64,000 bases of DNA from an archaeon (GTDB taxonomy: Archaea > Nanobdellota > Nanobdellia > Pacearchaeales > GW2011-AR1), in assembly GCA_018653485.1 (NCBI GenBank), contig JABHZE010000006.1:196491-260490 (forward strand), in the 5' to 3' direction. A program made the position numbers and the translations under genes. The notes beneath the pieces are model-generated. The model saw only the letters and a list, made by a program, of their open reading frames with translations. It was not told the origin of the DNA and searched no databases. This document shows, piece by piece, positions 18,192 through 27,539 of this stretch; within the stretch, counting starts at the first letter, position 1; every line of letters begins with the position of its first letter.

Positions 18192-18959
18192 ATGGAAATA
18201 GGATTAAAAGAAGAGGCAATGATTGAAGATAATCTTAATGATAAGGTTATGACTGGAAGTTATGATTTGAATAAATGGCTTGAAGGAGGTTATGAGAAAG
18301 GTGTTATAAGTTTATTTTATGGAGGGCCTGCAAGTGGGAAGAGTAATTTTGTTGTTTTAGCTGCGTGTCATCAAGCTAAGAAAAATAAAAAGGTTTTATT
18401 TATTGATAGTGAGGGGAGTTTGTCTTTAGATAGGGTAAAACAGATTTCAGGAGGATTACCTGAAATGATTTTAAAAAATATTTGTATTTTAAAGCCTGTG
18501 AATTTTAAGGAACAGAAAGATGCTTTTTCTAAATTATTTAAAGAATTAAAAAAGAGTGAAAATATTGGGTTAATTGTTGTTGATAGTATTAGTTTGTTAT
18601 ATCGATTAGAATTAGCAGAGGCAAGGAAAAAAGGAATTGATGAAGTGAGGAGAATAAATTTTGATTTAATTGAACAGATTAAATATTTGCAAGAGATTGC
18701 AAGAAAAAGAAATATTGCTGTTTTAGTTACAACTCAAGTTTATAATGAATTTCTTAGTGAAGAAGATTGGCTTGCTGGAAAAGAGGCAGGAGTTAATGTT
18801 GTTGGTGGAGATATTTTAAAGTATTGGAGTAAATGTCTTATTGAGTTAAAGAATAATGGTAAGAGGCAGGCAATAATTAGAAAACATAGAAGTTTGCCTG
18901 AGAAGAGTTTGAATTTTGAGATTTGTAATGAAGGGATAAGGAAGAAGGGGTGGTTGTGA
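18192..18959 (+). CDS. radB: RadB/KaiC-like RecA-superfamily ATPase
   Basis: GGYEKGVISLFYGGPASGKSNF (Walker A) and LIVVDSIS (Walker B). Confidence 0.72.
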   Translation: MEIGLKEEAMIEDNLNDKVMTGSYDLNKWLEGGYEKGVISLFYGGPASGKSNFVVLAACHQAKKNKKVLFIDSEGSLSLDRVKQISGGLPEMILKNICILKPVNFKEQKDAFSKLFKELKKSENIGLIVVDSISLLYRLELAEARKKGIDEVRRINFDLIEQIKYLQEIARKRNIAVLVTTQVYNEFLSEEDWLAGKEAGVNVVGGDILKYWSKCLIELKNNGKRQAIIRKHRSLPEKSLNFEICNEGIRKKGWL

Positions 18960-21299
18960 TTATTTCTTAATCCCAACATCAGCTATCTTTTTTTCAGGTT
19001 TTGTTTTTGGTTTTTTGCCTGAGTATCTTGCTTCTGGTTTCTTGTTGTTTCCGTTTGCATCTAATTCTAATCTTGTAGGGCATTTAGGATTAAAGCAAAA
19101 TATCCATGGACGTTTTCCTTGTTTAAATCTGATTAACATTGGCCATCCACACTCTTCACACATTTTATCTTCAAGTTTTTTAACAACACAGCCAGAAGGT
19201 AATGGATATGTTTGAGTGCAATCTGGATAAGCATTACAACCTACGAAATAGGATTTAAATCTTGGTGTGAATCTTAAGGAAAGATGGCCTTTTTTACATG
19301 CGTGACATTCTAATAATTTATTATCTTCTTTTTCTTGTGCCCAAGCAGCCTCATTAGCTCCTCTAAGTTCTTTACCAATTGCTTTTTCATTTTTCTTAAA
19401 ATCTTTGGATATTTTTGTTAAGGCTATCTCTGCTTTTTTAATTGTAGATTCTTCTTTTTTCTCTAAATCATGTTTAGAACCTCTAATAATATCCATATCT
19501 TTTTCAATTTCTCTTGTTAATTTTTCATCAATAATAACTTCAGAATATTTTTTTAATGTATCAATTAATCTTATTCCTAATTCTGTTGCTTTAATTGATT
19601 TGTCTTTAACATAATTTCTATCATAAAGTGTTTCAATAATATTTGCCCTTGTAGCTTTTGTTCCTAAATTCTTTTTTTCTAGTGCAGTTACAATTGAGGC
19701 AGGAGAAAATCTTCTAGGAGGTTTTGTTTCTTTTTCTTCAATCTTTATTTTATCAATATTAACTTCCCCATTAAAATCTCGAACTTCTTTTTCTTCCATT
19801 TTAGTTGGATAAACTTTCATCCAACCAGCAGTTTTAACTTCCATTCCTCTTGCATTGAATTTTAGTTTATCAACTTCTACATTTATTTTTTTGTTTTCTA
19901 ATTCTGCATCTGAACAATAACATGAAATAAATCTTTTAACAATCAAATTATAAATCTTTTCATCATAGTCTGTTAATCTATTACTATGAGTTCCAGTAGG
20001 AATAATTGCAGGGTGTGCGGGGTCTGATTTGTTTCCTTCAATTGGTTTTTTTCTAGTTATCTCTTTAGTTAATGAAGGATATTCTTTTCCTAATCTCTTT
20101 AAAACTTTGTCAGCTTCTTTTAAGTCAGGTATTTTTTGTGAAGAGGTTCTTGGATAAGAAATTAATCCTGCTAGATAGAGTTTTTGAGCAACTGCTAGTG
20201 CATTTGCAGGAGTTATTCCGTGAAACTTATATGCTTCTGTTTGTAATGATGTTAAATCAAATGGAGCAGGAGGGGTAATAACTTGTTTTGTTTTTTTAGT
20301 TTCTGCTTCGGCTTTTTTGTTTTTTAATTTATCGAACTTATCAAGTTCTTCTTTTTTTGTTATATCTTTAATATGTTTTACTTCTAATTGATTTTTCCCA
20401 TCATTGATTGTTGCAAATATTTGCCAATAAGGTGTTGGTTTAAATGCTTGAATTTGTTTTTCTTTATCTACAATTAAATGTAATGCTGGACCTTGAACTC
20501 TTCCTATCGACATTACTGCAAATTTTCCTGTTGTTTTAATAGAATTCATTAAAGCTCTTGAAAGATTAATACCATATAACCAATCTAAGAAATGTCTTGT
20601 TTCTCCTGCAATTGCTTGCCCCCATTCAATATGGTCTTGCCTTTCATCAAATGATTTTTGTAATTCAGAGGGTGTTAATGAACTAAACTTCATTCTGCTT
20701 GCGTCTTTTTGATTTGCAATAAATTTCATTATAGTATAACCAATAACTTCTCCTTCAACATCAAAGTCTGTAGCAATCACTATTTCACCTGCATCTTTAA
20801 CTAATTTCTGAATAACATCTGAATATTTCTTTGTAAAATCTCTTCCCCTTTTAACAGCAGAATTAGGATACCATCCAATATCAAAAATAGGGTAATCTGT
20901 TCCTTTTATGTTTTGAGAAATACTAAATAAATGTCCCACTGCACAACCAACAATAACTCTTTTACCATTTCTTTCAAAATCATAATATGCAACTTTATTT
21001 CTATTTGTTTGTTTATTTGCTTTGCCTTCAGATAATGCTGCAGATATTTTAACTGCTGCTTGAGGTTTTTCAGTTATTATTAGGATATATCCATCTTTTT
21101 TTAATGGTTTTTCTTTGAAAACAAGTGGTTTTCTTTCAGTTGATTTCTTTTTAGCTGCTTTTTTTCTTTTAGTAGTTTTTTTCTTTGTTCTTTTCTTCAA
21201 CTCTTTTTTAATTTTCTCAGGATCTCCTGGTTTTTCAATAGTTTGTATTTCTTCAACAGTAGGTTCTGGTTTTACCTCTATTTCTACAGTTTTTTTCAC
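18960..21299 (-). CDS. topA: Type IA DNA topoisomerase with a Lys-rich N-terminal extension and C-terminal Zn ribbons
   Basis: Toprim (LIITEKP...ATDFDVEGE), active-site SYPRTSSQ, and C-terminal CHACKKG.../CEECGWP Zn fingers. Confidence 0.9.
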   Translation of the reverse strand: MKKTVEIEVKPEPTVEEIQTIEKPGDPEKIKKELKKRTKKKTTKRKKAAKKKSTERKPLVFKEKPLKKDGYILIITEKPQAAVKISAALSEGKANKQTNRNKVAYYDFERNGKRVIVGCAVGHLFSISQNIKGTDYPIFDIGWYPNSAVKRGRDFTKKYSDVIQKLVKDAGEIVIATDFDVEGEVIGYTIMKFIANQKDASRMKFSSLTPSELQKSFDERQDHIEWGQAIAGETRHFLDWLYGINLSRALMNSIKTTGKFAVMSIGRVQGPALHLIVDKEKQIQAFKPTPYWQIFATINDGKNQLEVKHIKDITKKEELDKFDKLKNKKAEAETKKTKQVITPPAPFDLTSLQTEAYKFHGITPANALAVAQKLYLAGLISYPRTSSQKIPDLKEADKVLKRLGKEYPSLTKEITRKKPIEGNKSDPAHPAIIPTGTHSNRLTDYDEKIYNLIVKRFISCYCSDAELENKKINVEVDKLKFNARGMEVKTAGWMKVYPTKMEEKEVRDFNGEVNIDKIKIEEKETKPPRRFSPASIVTALEKKNLGTKATRANIIETLYDRNYVKDKSIKATELGIRLIDTLKKYSEVIIDEKLTREIEKDMDIIRGSKHDLEKKEESTIKKAEIALTKISKDFKKNEKAIGKELRGANEAAWAQEKEDNKLLECHACKKGHLSLRFTPRFKSYFVGCNAYPDCTQTYPLPSGCVVKKLEDKMCEECGWPMLIRFKQGKRPWIFCFNPKCPTRLELDANGNNKKPEARYSGKKPKTKPEKKIADVGIKK

Positions 21300-21424
21300 G
21301 TTTGACGGATCAAAAACTCTATATTCACCTTGTTCAATTTTGTCTGGACTTATTTTTTTTGGTGGGATTTTTAATGCCTCTGATTAAATTTATAGAATTA
21401 AGGGGTATAAAAATGTTTTGCGGG

Positions 21425-22030
21425 TTATATCTCAATTATTTTACCTTTCTTACCTACGCTTACTACTTTTGTTTTTCCTACTTTTTCTTCCATTCCTTCT
21501 GCTTCATGAATATGTCCACTAATGAATAAATTGGGTTGGAATTCTTTGATTGCTTTTTTAACTCCTTTACTTCCTTCAAATCCTGAGAATTCTGATTTAG
21601 TATCTGCTGCATGAATATGACTTACCATTATCTTTTTTTCTAAATCTTTAATTTTCCCAAAATCTTTTTTAAGTTTGCTAAAAGCTTTTTTTTCATTAAG
21701 ATTTAATTGCCAATCAGGACTTCCTATACCAAAAATTCCTACATCATGATATTTCACATAATTGTTTTCAAGATTTTTAACACCATATAATTTAGATAAG
21801 AATTCTGCTGTTTCAGAAGAGTCCCAGTTTCCTGGAACAAAAACAAGTTTTTGTTTTTTATCTGTAAAGGGTTTTAATAAGTTTTCTGTTTCAATAGGGC
21901 CTGTAATATCTCCAACTAAAACAACTAAATCTACTTTTTCTTTTTCTGCTTTTTTAGCAAGTTTTTTAGCAATATCACTATCTCCATGAAAGTCTCCTGC
22001 AGCTAATATTTTGAATTTCTTTTTAGTCAT
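21425..22030 (-). CDS. Calcineurin-like metallophosphoesterase (MJ0936/YfcE-like)
   Basis: GDFHGD, VLVGDITGP, GNWD, SHIH and GHIHE motifs. Confidence 0.8.
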   Translation of the reverse strand: MTKKKFKILAAGDFHGDSDIAKKLAKKAEKEKVDLVVLVGDITGPIETENLLKPFTDKKQKLVFVPGNWDSSETAEFLSKLYGVKNLENNYVKYHDVGIFGIGSPDWQLNLNEKKAFSKLKKDFGKIKDLEKKIMVSHIHAADTKSEFSGFEGSKGVKKAIKEFQPNLFISGHIHEAEGMEEKVGKTKVVSVGKKGKIIEI

Positions 22031-22192
22031 TGTTAGGTATGGTGAATGAGTTATATAAAATTTACTTTATTGTGAGCTGTAAAGTAAACGTCAGTTAGAT
22101 AAGTGTAAATAATCTATCCCTAGAAAAACAGCTATATTCTACACATAAAATTTACAAATAAACAATTAAGTGGTTATTTACTTCAATAATCT

Positions 22193-22573
22193 TTAGAAAT
22201 TATCTAAGGCTGAAGATAGTTTGTTCCTTAAATCTTCAAGATCCTTATATTCAATTATTATAGTTTCCGGCATACTCTGAAGAATTCTAGTAACTTGTTT
22301 TCCTTTTTCAAGTAAGAGTATTCTTTTAATATTTAAACAATAAGCAATACCAATTTCTAATCCCACACCATGGCTAGGTTCTGAAACATCAGCTATAATT
22401 AAATCGCAAGATTTTAGTTGTGAATAGTCTGTATTAAAAATATCCCTAGGCTCAACATCAAGTTCAAACACATAAGGATTAATCCCTTTTTGCTCTACAA
22501 TCTTTTTTATTTCAGGTAAAAACTTCCATCTTTTTTGTGAGAGACGAATAGGGCAGGTGATATATGCTTTCAT
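22193..22573 (-). CDS. Nucleoside 2-deoxyribosyltransferase-fold protein (DNPH1/Rcl-like)
   Basis: CDLIIADVSEPSHGVGLEIGIAY...KRILLL resembles the Rcl/DNPH1 core (AEV..PS.GVG.E.G.A). Confidence 0.6.
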   Translation of the reverse strand: MKAYITCPIRLSQKRWKFLPEIKKIVEQKGINPYVFELDVEPRDIFNTDYSQLKSCDLIIADVSEPSHGVGLEIGIAYCLNIKRILLLEKGKQVTRILQSMPETIIIEYKDLEDLRNKLSSALDNF

Positions 22574-22693
22574 AAATTTAGTAATTTTAGGGATTATATA
22601 AATATTCTTATAAACACTCAGTTGATTATTTACTACTGATTGGGAGGATTTTTAGTGGAAAAAGTTTAAAAATGAAATACTTATGGGAGTAAT

Positions 22694-22918
22694 ATGAAAG
22701 TAGAACGTAAAATACAACAAGTTGACTTAGCAGTTCTTCTTGAAACAGGAGAGACTCTTGTGATTGATAAAGAAGAATTAGGTGAATCTTTAAAGCACCT
22801 ACAAGAAGGAAAACCTATTGTTATTGAAACAGAAGGTGATCAAGAACCTGCTGGATACGAATTTGTAGCACTATATCTTCCAGGTCAAAAAGAACCATTT
22901 TATAAGAAGTTGCAATAG
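22694..22918 (+). CDS. Small acidic hypothetical protein
   Basis: 74-aa ORF with a TATA-like AAAAGTTTAAAAATG about 30 nt upstream. Confidence 0.45.
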   Translation: MKVERKIQQVDLAVLLETGETLVIDKEELGESLKHLQEGKPIVIETEGDQEPAGYEFVALYLPGQKEPFYKKLQ

Positions 22919-22933
22919 TAAACAATCAGAGGA

Positions 22934-23647
22934 TTACTTTCCATAATTTCTTTTTCTTCTTTTGAATTCTTCTATGCAATTTATGAAATCTTCTTGATTG
23001 AATTCAGGCCACATTTTGTTTAAGAAAATCCATTCAGAATATGTTGATTGCCATGGAAGAAAGTTAGATGTTCTTTTTTCTCCTCCTGTTCTGATTATTA
23101 GGCAAGGATTTGTTTTTAACCAAAGATTGTTTTGGATTAATTCTTCATTGATTTCGCTTTGTGAGGGCTGTTTTGAAATTATGTTTCTTATTGTATGGAC
23201 TAATTCTTGTCTGCCTCCATAGGCTATTGCAAAATTAACAATAAATTGATTATGTGTTTTTGTTTGATTTGTTAGATTATTGCAAGTTTCTTGAAGATCT
23301 CGAGGTAAGAGTGTTAAATCTCCAATAAAGTTTATTTTTATGCCTTCTCTTATTAATTTTTCTTTATCCATTCCTGAAAATGTTTTTCTAAATAAATCAA
23401 ATAAATAATTTAATTCATTTTTAGGGCGACTCTTAATATTTTCAGAAGAAAGTGCATAGAAAGTTAATTCATTTACATTATAATTTTTTGCATAATCTAA
23501 TAATTTCTCAACTTTCTCTTTACCATGTTCATGTCCTTTCCAAGGTTGTAACATTAATCTTTTAGCAAACCTTCGATTACCATCTAAAATAATTGCTATG
23601 TGTTTAGGTGATATGGAATTATTTGACATTAAGAATGAGATATTCAT
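22934..23647 (-). CDS. uppS: cis-prenyltransferase (undecaprenyl/di-trans,poly-cis-decaprenyl diphosphate synthase)
   Basis: HIAIILDGNRRFAK, ELTFYALSSEN and RTGGEKRTSNFLPWQ. Confidence 0.9.
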   Translation of the reverse strand: MNISFLMSNNSISPKHIAIILDGNRRFAKRLMLQPWKGHEHGKEKVEKLLDYAKNYNVNELTFYALSSENIKSRPKNELNYLFDLFRKTFSGMDKEKLIREGIKINFIGDLTLLPRDLQETCNNLTNQTKTHNQFIVNFAIAYGGRQELVHTIRNIISKQPSQSEINEELIQNNLWLKTNPCLIIRTGGEKRTSNFLPWQSTYSEWIFLNKMWPEFNQEDFINCIEEFKRRKRNYGK

Positions 23648-23685
23648 TAGGGTTTTTAATGTTTTGGTGTTTTGAGAATTATTTT

Positions 23686-24087
23686 TTAATCTCTTTCCCA
23701 GTCTTCTAATCTTTCACTTCTTACAATCTCATCTGCTAATTTTCTTCTAATTTGCATCTGATGTAAATAATTAGCTATTTCAGGACTTTTTTTCCTTATT
23801 TGAGGGGTTAGATTAAATACAGATCCTAATTGACTATAAAAATCATTTGCTTCAGTTACAAGCATAAGTCTTTCAACCTTATTACTTCTATACATGTTAG
23901 TTAATTCTCCACTTACACCTATTGAAGCTATATTAACATCATATAATGCATTTCTACACAAGCAACAAGTTTCTCCAGGTATCTCTGTACAATGTGGCCT
24001 ATCTTCACAAATTACTTTTTCTAAAGTTGCAACTGCCTTTAAAAATTTTCTATGTGCTTCTTCATATTTTTCATAATCGTATTTCAT
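23686..24087 (-). CDS. Hypothetical protein with a Cys cluster (C..C...CCLC)
   Basis: 133-aa ORF; no family recognised. Confidence 0.5.
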   Translation of the reverse strand: MKYDYEKYEEAHRKFLKAVATLEKVICEDRPHCTEIPGETCCLCRNALYDVNIASIGVSGELTNMYRSNKVERLMLVTEANDFYSQLGSVFNLTPQIRKKSPEIANYLHQMQIRRKLADEIVRSERLEDWERD

Positions 24088-24188
24088 TTTACATAATTTT
24101 CAATAAGTTTTAGGTAATTTTCAATAATTATTAATTAGCTATTAAAAAGTTCTTTTAGAATTCAATATAGGTTTTTAAAGCTTTTGGA

Positions 24189-25475
24189 TTAAGATTTTTT
24201 AGGTTTAATCTCTTTAAAACCAGTATATTTGTGTAGAGCTTTAGGAATCTTGATTGAGCCATCTTTTTGCTGATTGTTTTCTAAAATTGCTACTAATGCT
24301 CTTGATGTTGCGATTACTGTATTGTTTAGTGTATGAGCATAATAATTCTTTTGCCCATTATTTATTTTTATGCCTAATCTTCTTGCTTGAGCTTCTTCCA
24401 TGTTTGTTAATGAGGTTATTTCAAAATATTCATTTCTTCTTGGACTCCAAGCTTCTAAATCACATGATTTTGCTTTTAGGTCTGCTAAATCTCCTGAACA
24501 ACATTCTAAAACTCTAAATGGAATTTCTAATGCTTTGAATATTTCAACAGAGGCTTTTAGCATATCATCATACCATTTGTAAGAATCTTCTGGTTCGCAG
24601 ATTACAATCATTTCTTGTTTATTGAATTGATGTGTTCTGTAAATTCCTTTTTCATCAATCCCATGACTTCCTATCTCCTTTCTAAAACACATTGAATATC
24701 CTGTTTGTAAAACTGGAAGTGTTTTCTTTTGTAATGTCTTAGTTATGAATTGTCCTATTAATGGGTGTTCTGATGTTGCTATCAGGTATAGGTCTTCTCC
24801 CTCAACTTTATATGCCATTGCATCAATTTCTTCTGTTGAATAAACACCATCTAAAACTTCTTTTTTAATCATTAAAGGAGGTTCAACATATTGAAATCCT
24901 TTTTTAACCATAAAGTCTCTTGCAAAATTTATTAATGCCATATTTAATAATGCTAATTCTCCTTTGATAAAATAAAATCCATTTCCAGAAACATCTGCAG
25001 ATGTATCAAAGTCTAATAATCCTAAACTTTCTCCAATTTCTACATGGCTTTTAACTTCAAAATTAAATTTTTTAGGTTTTCCGTATTTTTTTATTTCTTT
25101 ATTTTCCTTATCATTTTTACCAATTGGAACTGATTTATGTATAATGTTTGGAATTTGCATCATAATTTTTCTAATTTCAATAGATAATTTATCTGATTTT
25201 TCTTCAAGTTTTTTAATTTCTTCAGGAATATCTTTAGCTTGTTTAATTAATTCTTTAGCTAATTTTTCATCTTTAGCTTTTTTTGCTTTATTAATTTCTT
25301 GAGAAATTTTATTCCTTTCACTTCTTAGTTCATCTACTCTATATTTTTGTTTTCTCCAAGTCTCATCAAGTTTTTTAACTTTATCAACTAAAGGGAGTTT
25401 ATCTTCTTGAAATTTCTTTTTAATGTTTTCTTTTACTAGTTCAGGGTTTTCTCGGATTAATTTAATATCTATCAT
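24189..25475 (-). CDS. serS: Seryl-tRNA synthetase
   Basis: MIDIKLIRENPE starts the N-terminal coiled coil, and class II motifs are present (FRKEIGSHG..., YAHTLNNT). The start is set at 25475; the ORF extends to 25541. Confidence 0.92.
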   Translation of the reverse strand: MIDIKLIRENPELVKENIKKKFQEDKLPLVDKVKKLDETWRKQKYRVDELRSERNKISQEINKAKKAKDEKLAKELIKQAKDIPEEIKKLEEKSDKLSIEIRKIMMQIPNIIHKSVPIGKNDKENKEIKKYGKPKKFNFEVKSHVEIGESLGLLDFDTSADVSGNGFYFIKGELALLNMALINFARDFMVKKGFQYVEPPLMIKKEVLDGVYSTEEIDAMAYKVEGEDLYLIATSEHPLIGQFITKTLQKKTLPVLQTGYSMCFRKEIGSHGIDEKGIYRTHQFNKQEMIVICEPEDSYKWYDDMLKASVEIFKALEIPFRVLECCSGDLADLKAKSCDLEAWSPRRNEYFEITSLTNMEEAQARRLGIKINNGQKNYYAHTLNNTVIATSRALVAILENNQQKDGSIKIPKALHKYTGFKEIKPKKS

Positions 25476-25561
25476 TTGCCTAAAATGGTTTTTGTATTTA
25501 TATGTAAAATACAACTTAAGTGAATATTTAAATATTCCCATGAATTTTAAGTTTTATTAAA

Positions 25562-26167
25562 ATGATGAATAAAAATAGGTTTATTAAATTTAGAAAAATT
25601 ATCTCAAGGAAATTTTTTAAGTTTTTAAGTATTTTTTTGGTTATATTATTTGCAATAACTCTTATTTTATTTAGGGCCTATAGTCTTGAAAAATCTAGGC
25701 CTCAAATAATTTTAGAAAATCCAATAAATCGAATTGTTTTTGAACATACAAGTGAGTTAGGGGAGATAAATTGGGGCGGAGTTATAGAGCAAGCAACTTT
25801 GGAATTTAATGGAGAGTACATTAATTATATTATAATTGCATTAGGGGCAGGTAATCTTCATAAATCTTATACTGGTTATGGGAATCCAATAATTGAATTA
25901 AATATTGATGGTGAGGTTTGGACATCAGAGATATCTAATTCTTTAGTTACAAGTAAAACTTCTAGTGAAAAAGAAGATTTAAGAATAAGTCTTACAAGAA
26001 GAGAAGCTATTGAGGCAATATTGTCTCCAGATATAAAATCATTTATGAAAACTTCTGTCATTAATGGAAATACTCAAATAGAAATGGTTGCAGGAAAGGT
26101 TGAATTAGCAAGTAAAGGTTATTTAGCAATGTATAATGGGATAACTGGGGAAGATGTTAAAATATAA
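25562..26167 (+). CDS. Membrane-anchored hypothetical protein
   Basis: An N-terminal TM (FLSIFLVILFAITLILF) followed by a soluble domain. Confidence 0.5.
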   Translation: MMNKNRFIKFRKIISRKFFKFLSIFLVILFAITLILFRAYSLEKSRPQIILENPINRIVFEHTSELGEINWGGVIEQATLEFNGEYINYIIIALGAGNLHKSYTGYGNPIIELNIDGEVWTSEISNSLVTSKTSSEKEDLRISLTRREAIEAILSPDIKSFMKTSVINGNTQIEMVAGKVELASKGYLAMYNGITGEDVKI

Positions 26168-26367
26168 TTGGATTGTCTGTTGTGTTAGTGGGAGTAACAA
26201 GTCGTTGTCTTTTTTTTGAACAACTTATTTTTGTTACTATCAGGTTAACTTTTCTCTGCGAAAGCTTTATAAGTTAATATGAGACTTTTAAATGTATAGT
26301 TTTAAAAACTACCTTAAAAAAATAGTTTTTGGAATATAATAATAAATGCTGGAGGACGTTTTAAAAA

Positions 26368-26631
26368 ATGAAAGACAATTTCGATATTTTTTTCAGAAGA
26401 AAGCCCGCTTTAATGCTTGTGGCTTTAAGAAAAATGTCTAAGGCGAGATATGGTTCTGTGTTGGCTAAAGAAGTTGACTGTACGTATTCACATGCAGTTA
26501 AGATTCTTCAGACATTGGAAGTTCTTGGTTTAGTTAGTTTTAAGAAGAAAGGAAGAATAAAACTAATAGAATTAACTAAGAAAGGCGAAGAAATTTCAGA
26601 ACATATAGATTCTATTAGAAGACATCTATAA
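26368..26631 (+). CDS. Small winged-helix transcription regulator
   Basis: YGSVLAKEVDCTYSHAVKILQTLEVLGLVSFKKKGRIKLIELTKKG forms a wHTH with a beta-hairpin wing. Confidence 0.65.
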   Translation: MKDNFDIFFRRKPALMLVALRKMSKARYGSVLAKEVDCTYSHAVKILQTLEVLGLVSFKKKGRIKLIELTKKGEEISEHIDSIRRHL

Positions 26632-26753
26632 TCCCGCTTAGATATTGGGAGGTGTTAAAGAGAGGTATCTTTTTTTCTTTTTTTTCTATTTTTTATGAGT
26701 GAGAACTAGATTTAGATGTTTAATATTTGGTTCATTGTGTTTTAGCTTGATAA

Positions 26754-26764
26754 TCTTTATAAGG
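26754..26764 (+). promoter_or_regulatory. Putative TATA box (TCTTTATAAGG) for 26785
   Basis: Centred about 26 nt upstream of the ATG, implying a leaderless transcript. Confidence 0.45.
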
Positions 26765-26784
26765 TTTGAAGGGGTTTATTTGTT

Positions 26785-27114
26785 ATGGCTGATGAATTTG
26801 AAAAAAGAGTTGAAAGAGAGGTGAATAGAGTCTTATTTGAGAGATCTATTGAAAGAGGGATTAATCGTGCTCTTGGAAGTGATTTAACTATTGAAGAGAT
26901 TAGGGCTATGCCTGTGGATGAATTTAGGGGAAGAGTTGAAATGGCTTATGGAGAACCTAGTGTTGTTATTGCTTACTCAGGGCCTAGGTTAGTATCTCAT
27001 GAGGAGTGTAATCAAGCTTATGAGGAAGCTGTGAGTGGATTAAGTGTTTCTCAGAAGGTAGGGGGAGTTGTTTCAAGAATGTATGCTGGAATTAAGGGAT
27101 TGTTTGGAAGATGA
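26785..27114 (+). CDS. Hypothetical 109-aa protein, R/E/G-rich
   Basis: The ORF has its own TATA box, and its stop overlaps the next start (ATGA). Confidence 0.5.
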   Translation: MADEFEKRVEREVNRVLFERSIERGINRALGSDLTIEEIRAMPVDEFRGRVEMAYGEPSVVIAYSGPRLVSHEECNQAYEEAVSGLSVSQKVGGVVSRMYAGIKGLFGR

Positions 27115-27440
27115 GTTATGATAAAAAGGGGTTGATGATTGTAGATAGGGTTGTTCAACCTAATTTGAGTGAGAGAGAGATAATTTATTGCGGAAAGGTT
27201 GTGGATGTTAGGGAATTGCCTAAGATATTAAAATTTGGGGGTGAGGCTAAGAAATATTGGTATGGTGTTTCAACTGTTTTTAGGGATGATAATGAAGGTG
27301 TTGGTGATTTGACTTTTGCTGTAGAGGTTTTTAGTTATGAAGAGTTATTAGATGGGAATGGAGAAAGGTTTAATCAAACTAAAATTCCTTTTGATGATGA
27401 TGTTAGACAAGGTTTGTTGGGGTTGTTGGGAAAGGATTAA
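27111..27440 (+). CDS. Hypothetical 109-aa protein
   Basis: Translationally coupled to 26785-27114. Confidence 0.5.
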   Translation: MSYDKKGLMIVDRVVQPNLSEREIIYCGKVVDVRELPKILKFGGEAKKYWYGVSTVFRDDNEGVGDLTFAVEVFSYEELLDGNGERFNQTKIPFDDDVRQGLLGLLGKD

Positions 27441-27472
27441 TTATTATCTACTCTTTAAATAATTTTGATTTG

Positions 27473-27497
27473 TTCTCCCATATTAATAGAGGGAGAA
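27473..27497. other. Hairpin TTCTCCC-N11-GGGAGAA between convergent genes; a near-copy lies at 41363-41386
   Basis: A perfect 7-bp stem. The flank GGGAGAAAAAT is shared with the second copy. Confidence 0.5.
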
Positions 27498-27539
27498 AAA
27501 TAAAATTAAATTTAAAAAGAATTTATTAGTGAAATAAGG

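Noticed and set aside
21115-21529. ORFs 21115-21387 and 21302-21529 around the topA start
   Set aside because: They overlap the topA N-terminus and the metallophosphoesterase 3' end in antisense. The F/L-rich translations have no promoter context.
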